A DNA stretch of 64,000 nt from Dipteris shenzhenensis (taxonomy: Eukaryota). Shown here piece after piece: positions 1 to 12,312 of the stretch. Where the stretch lies: NCBI GenBank assembly GCA_047967505.1, contig CM106538.1. One strand, written 5' to 3'. The position numbers and the translations under genes were made by a program. The notes under the pieces were generated by a model, which was not told where the DNA came from, searched no databases, and saw nothing but the letters and a program-made list of their open reading frames with translations. Position 1 is the first letter of the stretch; the number at the start of each line of letters is the position of its first letter.

Positions 1-1315
1 ATACGGATTCCCAGGTAGCTTCTAATAGAGGTAGACCATGCCATGCAACCAACACCGTGGGTATCTTCCGATTGCGTACTTGCATTGTTCCTCGGTCCAG
101 GATTCTCGTTGGTTTGTGTCTTGCATTATCCTCTATCTCCAGAAACAAAACATTACCTTCGATTAGTGAGTCACCTGTATGCAAAAATTTCTTTAAACGA
201 GAAACATGAAACACTGGGTGCACCTTACAACCCTGTGGCAATTCTAAATTTATAGGCTACCTTGCCTATTCTTTTTAGAATTAACCATGGCCTACAATAT
301 CGAGGTGATAACTTAGCACACTCTCCTGCAGTCAAAGAGTGCGAAGGAACTCTGAGAAAAACTTTTTCTCCTTCCTTAAATTCTCTAGCGGATCGGTTTT
401 CATCCGCATACGCCTTAGCTCTATCCATAGCTTAGTGTATGTTAGCTCTCGCAAGTGCTAGCATCTCCCGCATTTAAACCACAAAGTTCGGGGCACTAGG
501 CACTTTCTGAGGTATTCCAACTATAGTTGGATTCGCTGGTCTATAACCATAGTTCATCTCAAACGGACTGAACCCTGGAGAGGAATGTTTTCTCTCATTG
601 TTGTATGTTGCCTCAATGACACATATGCTCTAAGCATATCCTCTAAAATTTGGTTGATTCTTTTTGTCTGACCATCCGTTTTTGGATGATCCCCACTACT
701 CATTCCCAACTCAGTCCTTAGTGTTTCAAATACCGCAGTCCAAAAATGACCGGTAAATTTGACATCCTTGTCTGACACTATGGATTTAGGTAATCCATGC
801 AAACGAAATATATGTCTAATAAACAAATCCGCCACTTGCGAAGCACTAACAGACTCTCTAGTTGGAATGAAGTGAGCCATCTTGGTAAGACGATCAACCA
901 CCACAAGGATAGAATCATATTCACCTTGTGTCGTAGGTAGACCTACAATAAAGTCCATGGAAATGCTCTCCCACTTACCTAGTGGTATCTCCAAGGGCTG
1001 TAAAAGTCCGGGTGGCTTCACCCGCTCTGCCTTACTTACCTGACACGAAAAACAACGCGTCACATATTCATGAATATGCTTTTTCATCTTTGGCCAAAAG
1101 AAATCTCGCTTCACGAGATCATATGTCTTCTCGACTTCTGGATGTCCCGCACATGGGCTATCATGGCATTGTTGAATGACTCTTTGCCTGAGATCATTCT
1201 GATTAGGTACTACTACCTTGCCATTTCTTTTCAGCATACCATCCTTTATGGCATATCTTGCATAAGTTTGGCTTTTTCTAGATGCCAGGTCATCCTTTTT
1301 CCCGGGTTTAAACAC
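1..1315 (-). pseudogene. Gypsy integrase plus C-terminal chromodomain, frameshifted
   Basis: HHCC zinc finger (H..P..GH...C..C), rve core (SMDFIVGLP, VVDRLTKMAHF, TDGQT), KLSPRY, then HPVFHVSRLK and the chromo-like LVAWHGLPLLEATWE at about 8-55. Confidence 0.92.
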
Positions 1316-1426
1316 ATGAGCCTTAGGCCAAAGGCTCTAGACGAACTCGTCCACCTTTTGAGTTTCTCTAATCTCGGTCATTAGAGCACTCTCTAACACC
1401 GCGAAACTCAAGTTATGCATAATGCG

Positions 1427-2936
1427 TCACAACGCATCAGCAACTTTATTATCCTTCCCTCTTCGGTACCGGATCGTCAAATTAAACTCTTGCATGAGTT
1501 CTGCCCACCTAGCTTGGCGGCTTCTCAAGTCAGGTTGTTTACAAAAATGTTTCAGAGTATCATGATCAACATCCACATAAAACTCTGATCCATACAAATA
1601 ATGTCTCCATGTTTTCAAAGCATGGACAACAGCATACAACTCTAATTCATGAGTTGGCCAATTTCGTTGAGAGAGAGAAAGCTTCTTGCTTTTAAAGGCT
1701 ACTGGCCTTCCCTCTTGGAGAAGAACTGCTCCTACCGCAATGCCACTTGCATCGGTTTCAAGGAAAAACGGTTTTTGGGGATCAACTATTTTTAACACCG
1801 GTCCTGAGACCACAGCTTGTTTTATGGTGTTAAAACTTTTCTGTTGATTCTGTCCCCATATAAAAGATACTTTATCTGAGGTCAGATCAGTCAATGGTGA
1901 TACTATTTCGGAATATCCTTTGATATGCCTTCGATAAAATTGGACAAATACCAAGCATGATCACAAAGCGGTCAAACTCTGAGGGATTGGCCAAGTCAGT
2001 ATCGCAGCCACTTTCTTTGGATCCATTTCTACCCTCTCAGGAGTAATTATGAATCCTAAATATTCAAGTTTTACCATACACAATATAGTTTTCTTTTTAT
2101 TTACATAAAGACTGGCTTTTCTCAAAGTATGAACACTATTCTTAAGTGTTCATAATGCTCAGTAATACTCTTACTGAATACCAGAATATCGTCAATAAAG
2201 TGTACTACAAACTTTCCGATATACGGACGTAGTAAATCGTTCATAGCATGATGAATGTAGCTGGAGCATTGGTAAGTTCAAAGGGCATTACTTAAAATTC
2301 ATAATGTCCAAACTTGCTTCTAAAAGCGGTTTTATGCACATCCTCGGCTCTAATACGGATCTGATGGTAGCCACACTTAAGATCTATCTTACTGAAAATT
2401 ACGGCCCCATGTAATGCATCTACCAAATCATCGATCCGAGCCATCAGAAACCTGTTCTTAATAGTGATATTATTCAATGCTCTGTAATCTATACAGAGAC
2501 GAAAAGTATCATCTTTCTTCTTCTTTAATATCACTGGCGAAGCAAAAGGTGAAAAACTTGATTGAATCTGCCCCAACTTGAGGCATTCTTCCAGTTGTCT
2601 TCGCACCTCCGTCTCTTCAGTAAAACTCAACCTATAGGGAGGTCTATTTACAGGTTTTGCCCCCGGGATTAGTTCAATCTTATGCTGAACATTCCGCTCT
2701 GGAGGTAACCCATAAGGTAGCTCATCCCTAAAACAATCAGAGAACTCCTCTGTTATTTGATCAGCCAGCTTGGCCATCTTTCCATTTTGAGCATCATCAG
2801 TGCTAGTCGAAGAATCATCAATCGGCTCTACTGATGCTGTATAAAGAAACAAAAACTCTTCTCGAGCTTTTTGAATTTCCATCACGGAAACCAATGGTCC
2901 TTTATCACCTTGTAAGACATACAGCACATCATTCAT
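1427..2936 (-). pseudogene. Gypsy reverse transcriptase and RNase H, disrupted
   Basis: [25 protein letters not shown] and KTAF motifs; FIDDILVF near 2190; RNase H motifs ETDASG, ELELYAVVHALKTWRHYL and NKVADAL. Confidence 0.93.
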
Positions 2937-5302
2937 CTTGAATTGATAAATGTGCTTTTTTCCAATCTATGGCAGGATTCTTCCTAGAATGCCAAGCCTT
3001 ACCCACGGCTATATTTGCATGAGCAAGCTTAGTCATTTCAAAATCAAGCTTCTCAGCATAGTCCTGAATTCGAAGCTCCAACTGGATAACCCTTTGGTCC
3101 CATACTTCAGTTGAACTTCCATCTGCCATCCTGACTGTATATGCATAGTCAGATGGGCTAGTCCTTAGTTTCAGCCTCTTTACGAGCTTGGAGTTAATTA
3201 CATTGTGCGTTGACGCTGAGTCAAACAACACAATGACCTGATGATTAGCTACTTGCTCTTTCATCTTAATTAACTCCGTATCATTAAAGGCTGTATACCC
3301 CGTTGCTGCGGGCTTTGACAGGATATTATCAGGTGCACTAGTTACTAACTTAGCAACAGACACACATAACAAAAAAGGTACTGACCTTTGAGAAGATCCC
3401 GCTAGCTGAATCTGCATCTGTTCTGCTGTTGTCGCATTCTGAGACCATCATCTCAGCCATTCGACGATCTTTGTTCCGTGGATAATCTTTGCATTGATGA
3501 GGCTGAAAGCAACCAAAACACAAGCCTTCTCTGCTCGCTTTTTCCCTTTGCTCTGGGTTTAAAGAGGACTTCGACCAAGCCCGAGCTGCCATTGGTGTTA
3601 CTTTTCTTTTCATTCCAATGGTGGTACTTGATTTAGGAGTCTCAACTGGTTTCGCCTGCTTGGCTTGACTACTAGACTGTGAGGCACCCCCTTTGCTAAT
3701 CCACTTCTTCTTAAACCCAGTTTTCTTCGGGTACCCATACTGAGTCCCAACTGGCACAAACCCACTTGGTCTGTTTCCTTTTGCATCTTCATAGTTCAAG
3801 GCTATGGCAATTGCTTCATCTAGCGTGTTCGCATACTTAGCCCGAACTTTCATCTTTATCCGATCATTCAGTCCAAACATAAAATCTTTTACTTGGATTG
3901 ACTGAGGTAGGGGTTCATCAACCTTCATTACACTTTCTCTAAACTTATCAGTGTATTCTGCCACTGATAAATTTCTCTGACGAAGATTTCGATACTGATC
4001 CCCAGCTCGGGATGCTTCGTCAGGAGGTAGGAAGTGTTTTCTAAATTTTTTTTAAAACCCCTCCCAGGTAGTGGATGCTACTCCACCTTTCTGCTGTTTT
4101 ATCCACCACCTATCTGCTGTTAAGCAACTAACAATCCCCAATTTCTGGGGCAATCTACCAGCTTACAGGCCAGCCAATACAGCTTACAGGCCAGCCACCT
4201 CAGCCAAACAATTGGCCAGAAAGACCAGCTGGTCTGGCCGACCAGAACTGGCCGACCAGCTGGCCGACCAGCTGGCAGGCCCACCGACCAGCTGGCCGAC
4301 CAGCTAGGTCTGGCGTATAAAGGCACAAGCCCCCCACACTCCTCCTGACAGGACAGGACCTGCAGCTGCTCCTCATCTCCGCCATCCTTTGCTGCAGCCC
4401 GGCTTGCTCCATCTACTCCTCCAGATCTGCCCCATCCTGCTCCAGATCTGCCCCATCCTGCTCCTCTGCTCCTTCTACTCTAGATCTGCCCCATCCTGCT
4501 CCATATCTGCTTCTTTGCTCCTTCTGCTCCAGATCTGCCACCCCTGCTCCAGATCTGCTCCTTTTCTTCATCGTGTTGCTATTCCAAATAGCCTGAAGGT
4601 TCCTTCCTCAGAGCATGCTGGTTTTCAGCCATTTCCTAGGGAAGCTCTAGCCCTTCATCTTCTTCGTCATCATTGAGCTACACGGAGGACTGCGTTTCGC
4701 TCCCTCTGCTGCTATCTTTTCTACTGTTTCTCTACATGGAATCATCTTTCTGATTCACCTCAGGCACGGTCCTTGAGACACACCGGCTTGAGGTTCTTGT
4801 ATTCAAATTTTTCATATTACCGACAGGCACTATGTTTTTTGAGTTCCGTTCTTCAGTTGTGTCTGAGTATTGTCTATTTTTTGATCGCTCCACTGCAAAC
4901 CCTATCGTTTCTCTATATGTGCTGCCTCATTAAACATATGGGTGGCCTCGCGGATTTTCTTCATATCATTCCTGATTTCACAAATGGCGAATGCCTCGTC
5001 CCATTTGTGTAACCAGGTGTCAATCTCCTAGGCTCGACCATACGAACACTGGACTCCGGTTCCATCGGAGATTTATCTTTCTCTTCACGAGATGGTCTGG
5101 CAGACATACTATGCATCATTTTTCTGAGTTCAGACTGCCCCACATTTGTTTGTAACTGCTGCGCTAGAATCTGTTGCAAGGCATCCTCTAACATTGCAAT
5201 TCTGCCAGACAATGTATGGCCTGCTGGGCGCGACACCTGCGGGTTCGGCCGGACTCCCGACTCTATGGGATCCATCCTGGAAGCTTCTTCTTCTACTTCC
5301 AT
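2929..5302 (-). pseudogene. Gypsy gag and aspartic protease, disrupted and interrupted by an insertion
   Basis: Protease motif LFDSASTHN; gag motifs RWW...TW..F, FMFGLND and zinc knuckle CFGC..PH..C; probable gag N-terminus in ORF 4961-5302. Confidence 0.85.
4118..4562 (+). repeat. GC-rich LTR-like fragment inside gag, with short internal tandem repeats
   Basis: Begins TGTTAAGC and has a TATAAAA near 4316. Contains GGCCGACCAGCT repeats (about 4240-4305) and about 6 CTCCAGATCTGCCCCATCCTG-like units (about 4418-4560). Gag coding sequence flanks both sides. Confidence 0.6.
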
Positions 5303-6417
5303 TCAGATCAATAGGTGTTATTTAAAAAAATAAAAATAAAAAATAAAAAAAAATAAAACACCGCTTAAAACTGTGATTACAAATCGAAAGTCCAACTTCC
5401 AACTTTACATCTGTAAACTTCAAATACTCAAGACAACAGCTATCCCAACATATACCAAGCTGCAAACCACGAATACTTTTCTCTATGCTAGGAAAATAAC
5501 TGCAAATTTTAAACTAACTGCAAATACCAAAAACTGTAACCTGAAAAAAACTCAAAATTTTCAGAACTTTAAGAAACTCCGTAGATACTAGATAGCCCCC
5601 TGATTAGATTGCTCTTTCAATTTCAGTCAACGGAGATCTCCCTACAGGTACTTCGAACATCGTCCTTCTTTGGATTCATCTCATTTGGGCACACAATCAG
5701 GTCTTTTGGTCAACGTCTTTTCTGATTGCATAAACTGCATAACATCTCAGCGCAAGTTCACTGATGGGTTCCCTGCTGATCACGGTGAACCAAACAGTGA
5801 GATGACAAATTCCCTATTGGTCCGTGAAACTTATAATCTGGAACGTCTTGCCATCGTAGATCCTTTGCCGTGAACCAATCTTCTACCCAAAACCACCTAC
5901 GCTATTATTCACCTTCAGTCATGCATACATGCCACCTCAACTCTTTATGTAGTCTCCTCAACAATCTATTAAGAGTGTTGGTTCCAGAATTCAGAGATGA
6001 AAACGATCATCATTGATAATTTCGCTCAAGTGGCGGCAAAGCAGAGATTTTAGTGCCCCGAAAACCCCTCGGTTAGCCAAGCATACGGTATGACAAATGT
6101 GCACCGTGTTCTCTCCTGGCGACAACCAACAAACCCTCTACAAATGATTCGCGACCACATAGCAAATCACTAGCCTTGTCCAATTTGGCTCACGACTATA
6201 GAGCAAATCTTTATGTCCAACCAGCTCCAATCGAGGACGCACACGAACAATAGATGGATCTTAACGAGAAGCCAGGTCCTCACGTCAAGGTCACGACCTC
6301 CGTAGCCAGCCGTGACCAACCAATAGCACACGTCGCTCGCCGTTCATCCAGGGTACCCAATACAACATGCGCTCCCTTCGTACGCAACTTGTATGAATCC
6401 CAGCATCTAGCCTGAGC

Positions 6418-6429
6418 GCTCTGATACCA
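6418..6429 (-). promoter_or_regulatory. Primer-binding site (tRNA-iMet)
   Basis: TGGTATCAGAGC on the minus strand, 2 nt from the LTR end (...TGTCA). Confidence 0.9.
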
Positions 6430-6879
6430 AATGACACATTACGAACTGATTTCTACTTGCTTGTTGTCAAATCACAGGCACGGGCACTTGGTTTCTCCTC
6501 CCAGCCAACCTCGTTGGTTGCAAGTTTCCAGATAGATCTAATTTCGTAAAAGCTCATGCTTGCTTATTCCCAACGAGCCCCAAAACTCCCTAGATGAATC
6601 TAGTATGCCACATGTCATAAATGTAGGGTCCTTCCTTAATGCATTATTTACCCCTCTCTTGGGATATCTTTAAAACATTTGTCCCTAGGCACATTTAATG
6701 CATTAAAGTCCCTTAGCCTTAAATCCACCTAGTCTAGTGCCATGTCACCCACACCAAGGACCTTGATCTTTATTCCTTTTTGATCATTTACATGAAGCCC
6801 AAACAAATATAATACAAATATTGATCCTTTAAAGGAAAATGTCGACTGATCCTTCTGAGGTCATGTTACCTCAACTAGA

Positions 6880-8688
6880 GCGTAATAGTCCAAAATCAAT
6901 CACTCTAAAACTGGATATGCAACTCTCAAAGGTGATGAACAGCAAGTGTTGGAAGGGATGGGATGCCAAAGGGTCAAGCATGGCTCAGTCTTCAGGTTGC
7001 TGGGTATCCCCATGGGGTTTGATATTCCCCTCAAGCAAAGGTGGGACTGGTTCATGAACAGATTCTAAAACAAGATGGAGAAATGGATAGGATTTCAGGC
7101 TAGTCTGGCAGGAAGAAGAACTGTTCTTAACCATTGCATTTATCCTATTGTTATCTTCTACCTCACAGCTTGGTCCCCCTCCAAAGTTGGAATTAATAGA
7201 TTCATAAAAATTTGCAGATCTTTTCTATGGGGAGGCAAGATACTCAAGGTCAGGTGGGACTTCTGTATCAAACCGAAGTAGGAGGGTGGATTAGGAGTTA
7301 TTGACATAGAACAGGTTGCTCTGAAACTCTCCTTTACAGGCAATCCTAAACCCTATTGAAGACTGGGCTCAACTTCTCCTTAGGAATGTCAGCTCCCTAA
7401 GACCCCTCAGAGTCCTCAAGTGGAAAAACTACCCCATGCTATCAGCTATTTGTAACTCAGAACCATGCTAACCTAAGGGCAGCCAGCTTTGGGTCTCTCT
7501 TTGGACAGCTTTTGAAGGGATTAAAAGCCAAATTGTCTTTTTAGGTAAAGGTGTCTTTATGACCTTGGACTCAATTTGGATTTTAGTTATTTTCAAAGAA
7601 GCTGTTCTTTCTGATGAAGCGATAGCCAAGGCAGCTCTTCTATTTAAAAAGGGTTTGCAAAGCTGGGGGCAACTATGGAACAGATCTGAACTAAGGTGGA
7701 AAACTTGGGTAGAGATTAGGAGAGAGTTTAGTCTAAACAACAAAAGCCAGTCACTTGTTATGAGTAGATTACAACTTTGGAGTGGCAGCCAACAGTGGAG
7801 GGGGGGATCTTTCCTTGTGTACAGTAGGGACTGGGTGGAAAGTTCCTCTTTCTTCCCCATACCCACACCAAGCAGGGACATGGGTGATCTCTGTAGGGTT
7901 CTTAATGACAGGTGGAAACTTCATGACTCCAAAGAGAAATGGAAATTCAGGTTTTGTGCCATTTGGTCTCCTTTAATTCTAGACAAACTATCTGCCTTGA
8001 TGTGGCTCATATTGCATAAAGCTGTGTGGACCAATATCAGAGGACTCAGGATTGGAAAGGGAAATAGTAAATGTATGAATTGTCCCTCTACTAATGGACA
8101 CTTGGTCACCCTTGAGAGCACATGCACTTTGGTTTATATGGGTAACTAGGAATAATCTTCAGTTTAATCAAGTTATTTTGCAAGCCGACTTAGTGTTTGT
8201 TAACTGGCTAAACAGGACCAGAAGAAAATCATAGAATTGATCCACACTTTCCAAGCAGAGGTTGCCATCTTCAATGCTGACTTACAATAACACACTCAAA
8301 GCTGCTTTGGGATTGATATTTCCACACCCTTTGAAGTCTCTGCTGAGATCACTGAGTTTCTTAATTAGGTACCCTCCACAAAGGTAAAAAAGGAACCTGA
8401 CTCACCTTGTGAAGCCCGGGCAGATGACACTGATAGCTCTGGAGATTCAGAGAGTTTCAATTACTCTGATTACTTCATTGATGACAATACAGATGACACT
8501 GAGGACTCCTATGTCCCTCTCTTTTGATTCTGTTTCTACTGTTTATGTTTTACTCAGAAATGTTTTGATGAAACTCTTCCCATGGGGGCTGGTTGTTCTT
8601 TACCAAAGAACATGTAAATAGTACTAAATACTTATGATGATGATGATATCCTAATATAACAAAAACTTTTTTTGCCAAAAAAATAAAA
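6880..8688 (+). mobile_element. L1-type LINE, 3' part of ORF2 (RT C-terminus and zf-RVT), degenerate
   Basis: KINHSKT, LLGIPMG, SLAGRRTVLN, CRSFLWGG..KVRWD....K*EGGLG and LMWLILHKAVWTN...C..C motifs; A-rich tail near 8677-8688. Confidence 0.85.
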
Positions 8689-8699
8689 TCCAAAGGCAT

Positions 8700-9899
8700 T
8701 CTCTTTTCTGAGTGCAATTCCATTGGCTGTCCAGATGCAATCACACTTCACCCCAGCTGCACTCTCTTTGAGTGGTTTCCAGATGGCATTCACGAAGCTT
8801 TTCAAAGTCCAAAATAAAATCAGCAAGTACCCAACCAAAGAATGACTCATGTAGCACTACTAGGGCATCTGTGAACCCAGAAAGAGGTGGCACGCGAGGC
8901 CAACCAATAGCTTATGGCAAAAAGAAATCGCAGTAGCAAAATCACAACTCACCAAGCCCTGAAAACTCGAACCAAGTCCTCAATCGTCAAGAGGACATAG
9001 TAGCCAATGCCCGATTGCATTCTCAGCCAAAGAGGAGTGCAAAGGCATGAAGAAAGAGCATTTACAAGAGTCGACTAGCAAGAATTTCACTGAAAAATGC
9101 GAAAAGAAGCACTTCTATCGCGAAGAAGTGGGAGTTCTTGGGCTCAAAAGAAGCGTGCTTTAGAGAGGAATGCCTTGAGAAGGTTTTGGAGAAGTTTCAT
9201 CACCGGAAAGTCCTCCAAAACTGAGAAAAATCAGTCAAACAGCGCGTGTGGGACGACTCGAAATTTAACAGAAAGTTGTAGCTTTGCAAGAGGAGAGGCC
9301 CAGGAGGCTGTAGAAGCAAAAAGGTCCAGAAAAAGCCACTTTTGCAAACTCGACCAGTAAAAGAAGTACTCAGCTCTGCCCGTTCTACCAAACGCACGGT
9401 GGGAAAAGCATATCATTGCGAAGGGGAGGCAGAGGGGAAGCCATCGGGCCAAACGAAAGTCAAGGAATCCAAACGGGTGAGGAGTTATGAAGAAAAACGG
9501 AATTCAGCTGAAGGAGGCTGAAAAACCAGTCCCAAATCTCAACAAAGGGAGAAGATGAGAGAGAAAACCACACATGTGAAGTTTAGAAGGCCCAGGAAGG
9601 TCCAGGAATGGCAAAGGAGCATGTAGAAGGCACTAGAGCCACCTGGAACTCTAGGGGGGGCCACTGAAGGTACATGGCCCTCTAGGGGGTCCATTAAAAA
9701 TTCCACGTCATCATTTTCCAACAACCACTCTTTTAATTCCTTGGAATGCCTTTGGGCCTAGGGATTAATTACGCTTATGTGCTAGGCACCATGCCGCGTT
9801 TAATTACACGTTATTAAGCCCATGCTTGGACTTTTAAAACCAAAGTTGTCACAGTCTTGTAGTACATTAAAGTACTTAGAATTTCACTCACCCGTGACA
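8700..9899 (-). repeat. Possible LTR remnant
   Basis: Ends ...CCCGTGACA at 9899 (TGTCACG on the minus strand, like other LTR termini in this window). Non-coding; no partner LTR or PBS seen. Confidence 0.3.
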
Positions 9900-10276
9900 C
9901 TAACCACGGCTTAACCAAGTTTTGGATGAGCTAGGGCTAAGCTAGTCTAGATGGTTTGGGAATAGTCTAACCTAAAGATTGGCTTAAAAGAGGTTTGAGA
10001 TAAGTCTAACCTAGTATTGGTTGAGAGTGTAATCAAAAGGTAAAGAATAGGATAAGGTTATGGATGGAGCTCGCAAGAGATAAGGTTTCGATCTTGTGGA
10101 AAGGGCTATTCCAAGAAAGCAAGGCTAATGTAGAAAAAGTGGTTCGTTTATGAAAAAGCAAGCTATTTAGTCACAATTAGTTGGATGCTAGAGATAGTGG
10201 AGCTAGGCTTATAAATACAAGCTAGGTCTCATTATTTGGAACTGATGATGCATTGCACAAGAAAAAGTGATTTCTT

Positions 10277-10396
10277 CATGGATAGGTAGCTAACATTCCA
10301 TTGGATGATATATGTGTGCACGTGTCAAGTCTACATGGATAGGTAGCTAACATTCCATTGGATGATATATGTGTGCACATGTGTCAAGTCTACATG
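10277..10396. repeat. About 57-bp tandem duplication
   Basis: CATGGATAGGTAGCTAACATTCCATTGGATGATATATGTGTGCAC...TCAAGTCTA occurs twice in tandem. Confidence 0.9.
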
Positions 10397-11656
10397 ATGA
10401 TCCTTTTGTCGGAGTAGTGGACACCACAGGTAGTCTTGCCACACAAGAATCAACACGAGTTACTACATGTGTAGAATATAATGGTAATTTATTTCCATGA
10501 AATATCAAGTGAAAAATCATTGAATTTTTTCAATGACCGTGCACATGTTGTAGCATGTTCGCTGTCATTGCTGAGTCTATCGTGAAACCTCCGAATTGTT
10601 GAGAAATACTCTGTAGTCTAAATGGATGCTCAAGTGTGTGTGGGTGTGTGGAATGTATGTGTGAGAGCATTTGTTTATATCCCAGTATTGGGCAAATTGG
10701 CTGTGGGGATGTCATAGATTATGCTTTACATTACAGTCTTCAACCTTGTGACCAACTATCATGAAATTGAAACTCTGGTATTTGTATTGTTTTCAAAGGA
10801 TGAGTTTGGGCATGTTTTTGGATTCATCAAGATATATGTTGTAGCATGTGTTGTAGACTTGGGATGGTTACCACTTGTTGGCCAATAGAGCCACGTGTCC
10901 ATCATGTGTGTGTTGGTTTGCTGCCAACAAGTTTTGGGCTGTGTGCCAATAGGGCCATGTAGATACCTGTTCTCTTACTCCAAGGCAAAAGGGACCACCT
11001 ATAGGGGTGTTGGATGAAGGAGATGGGCATCAGCTGATATATGCTAGTGTATATAACTCTAGTATCCAATTGGTATGTGGGACTAATGGATGTATCTAAC
11101 AATGCTAATTCAGGTCTCCCAAGCCTCTACATCCCACTATTTTTAATGCATGTCTTGGATGCAAGGTCCATCATGACCATATTTCTCATTGCCATGGGTG
11201 AACCACCACACTTTAGGATGTCACGATGTCTCTTTGCGACAAATCTAGAGCCAGTCCTCTAGAGTCTAGATTGCTCTAGCAAGCTGTTGATTGACGTGGT
11301 GTACCGCTTTTGGTTAGTCAGCTTAGATAGGCCAGATGTGGCAGAATTTACTTTTCTTGTATCACAATATGGACCATTAAATGGAACTTGTTAGAGATCA
11401 TTGTTACACCTGTGAGCCCAGGGATATGAGGACTTGGTGGCCATGGATCTAGGGTAGGTTCAGGGTATAAAAGGGATGGAGAGGCTGTTGTAGGCAAAAG
11501 GGCCTATTTAAAAGCATTGTACCTAGATTAGATTTGATCTAGCAGGGGTGTATAGGTCGCTAGCATAGTTATCAAACAAGGGACACTATTCCCCTCTACA
11601 ACTTTTGGAACACTGTTCCTGGAATCAAAGGTGACCCAGAAGTCTAGAACGGTCCC

Positions 11657-11869
11657 AGAATGTTCATCAAGTTTGGAACTCCAAGGAAACCGTTTTGGCA
11701 TTTTAGGTTTTGAGTTTGTGCCATTGTGGGATGAGGGGGTGAAATTGCCGAACCAATGTTGAAATGACATCGTTGTTGCTCTAGCCTATTGGTCCCTCCT
11801 CTCCTCTCAATTGGTCATAAGGTGGACTCAAGCCAGCTAGCCATGTTACTTCTAGGTACCTTTCCTAGG
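11657..11869 (+). repeat. 213-bp flanking direct repeat, left copy
   Basis: AGAATGTTCATC...TTTCCTAGG recurs at 22971-23183 with about 4 substitutions. Confidence 0.95.
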
Positions 11870-11901
11870 CAGCCCCTGCCCTCGCCTTGTACGTTGACTA
11901 A

Positions 11902-12312
11902 TGTCACGATCTGTGACGTATTCCTTTCTCTATTTCTAGACTTATGGATGGTTTGATGAATGGACACTTGTGGAAGGGTATGCCCTTTCGACGGGACACT
12001 TCCTATGAGGCACAACCCTTCACAAGAGACATTCTATTGAAGAGACATTCCTATTGTAATGTACCCTCTCATCAAGGGTCACACCCTTCACAAGGGGTAC
12101 ACACCTCTTCATGCACATACACTTTGGAGTACACACCTTTTCATGTGTGACTCTTCACTCTCTATATAAGAGAGGCCCAATTGTATGGATGACACACAAC
12201 AGATACCGTACAGACATTCAAGCAATACAATTCTTCCTTGTTCTCTGCTATTTCAGTCTCCTTTCTGTTCCTTAGCACATTTCTAAATATAGTAAATCTA
12301 GGATTTCTTACA
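11902..12312 (+). repeat. 5' LTR of element A (411 bp)
   Basis: TG...CA termini, TATATAA near 12164, followed by the PBS. Reverse-complement homolog of 17037-17444 and 22563-22970. Confidence 0.95.

Larger units (their letters stand above)
1..6880 (-). mobile_element. Degenerate Ty3/gypsy LTR retrotransposon (chromovirus); 3' end lies outside the window
   Basis: Minus-strand order is gag, protease, RT, RNase H, integrase, chromodomain. A Met-tRNA PBS at 6418-6429 abuts an LTR terminus (TG at 6432). The far LTR boundary is approximate, placed where LINE sequence begins. Confidence 0.93.

Noticed and set aside
11657-11869. 213-bp direct repeats as LTRs of an enclosing element
   Set aside because: No TG...CA termini, PBS or PPT; the right copy starts exactly at element B's LTR end.
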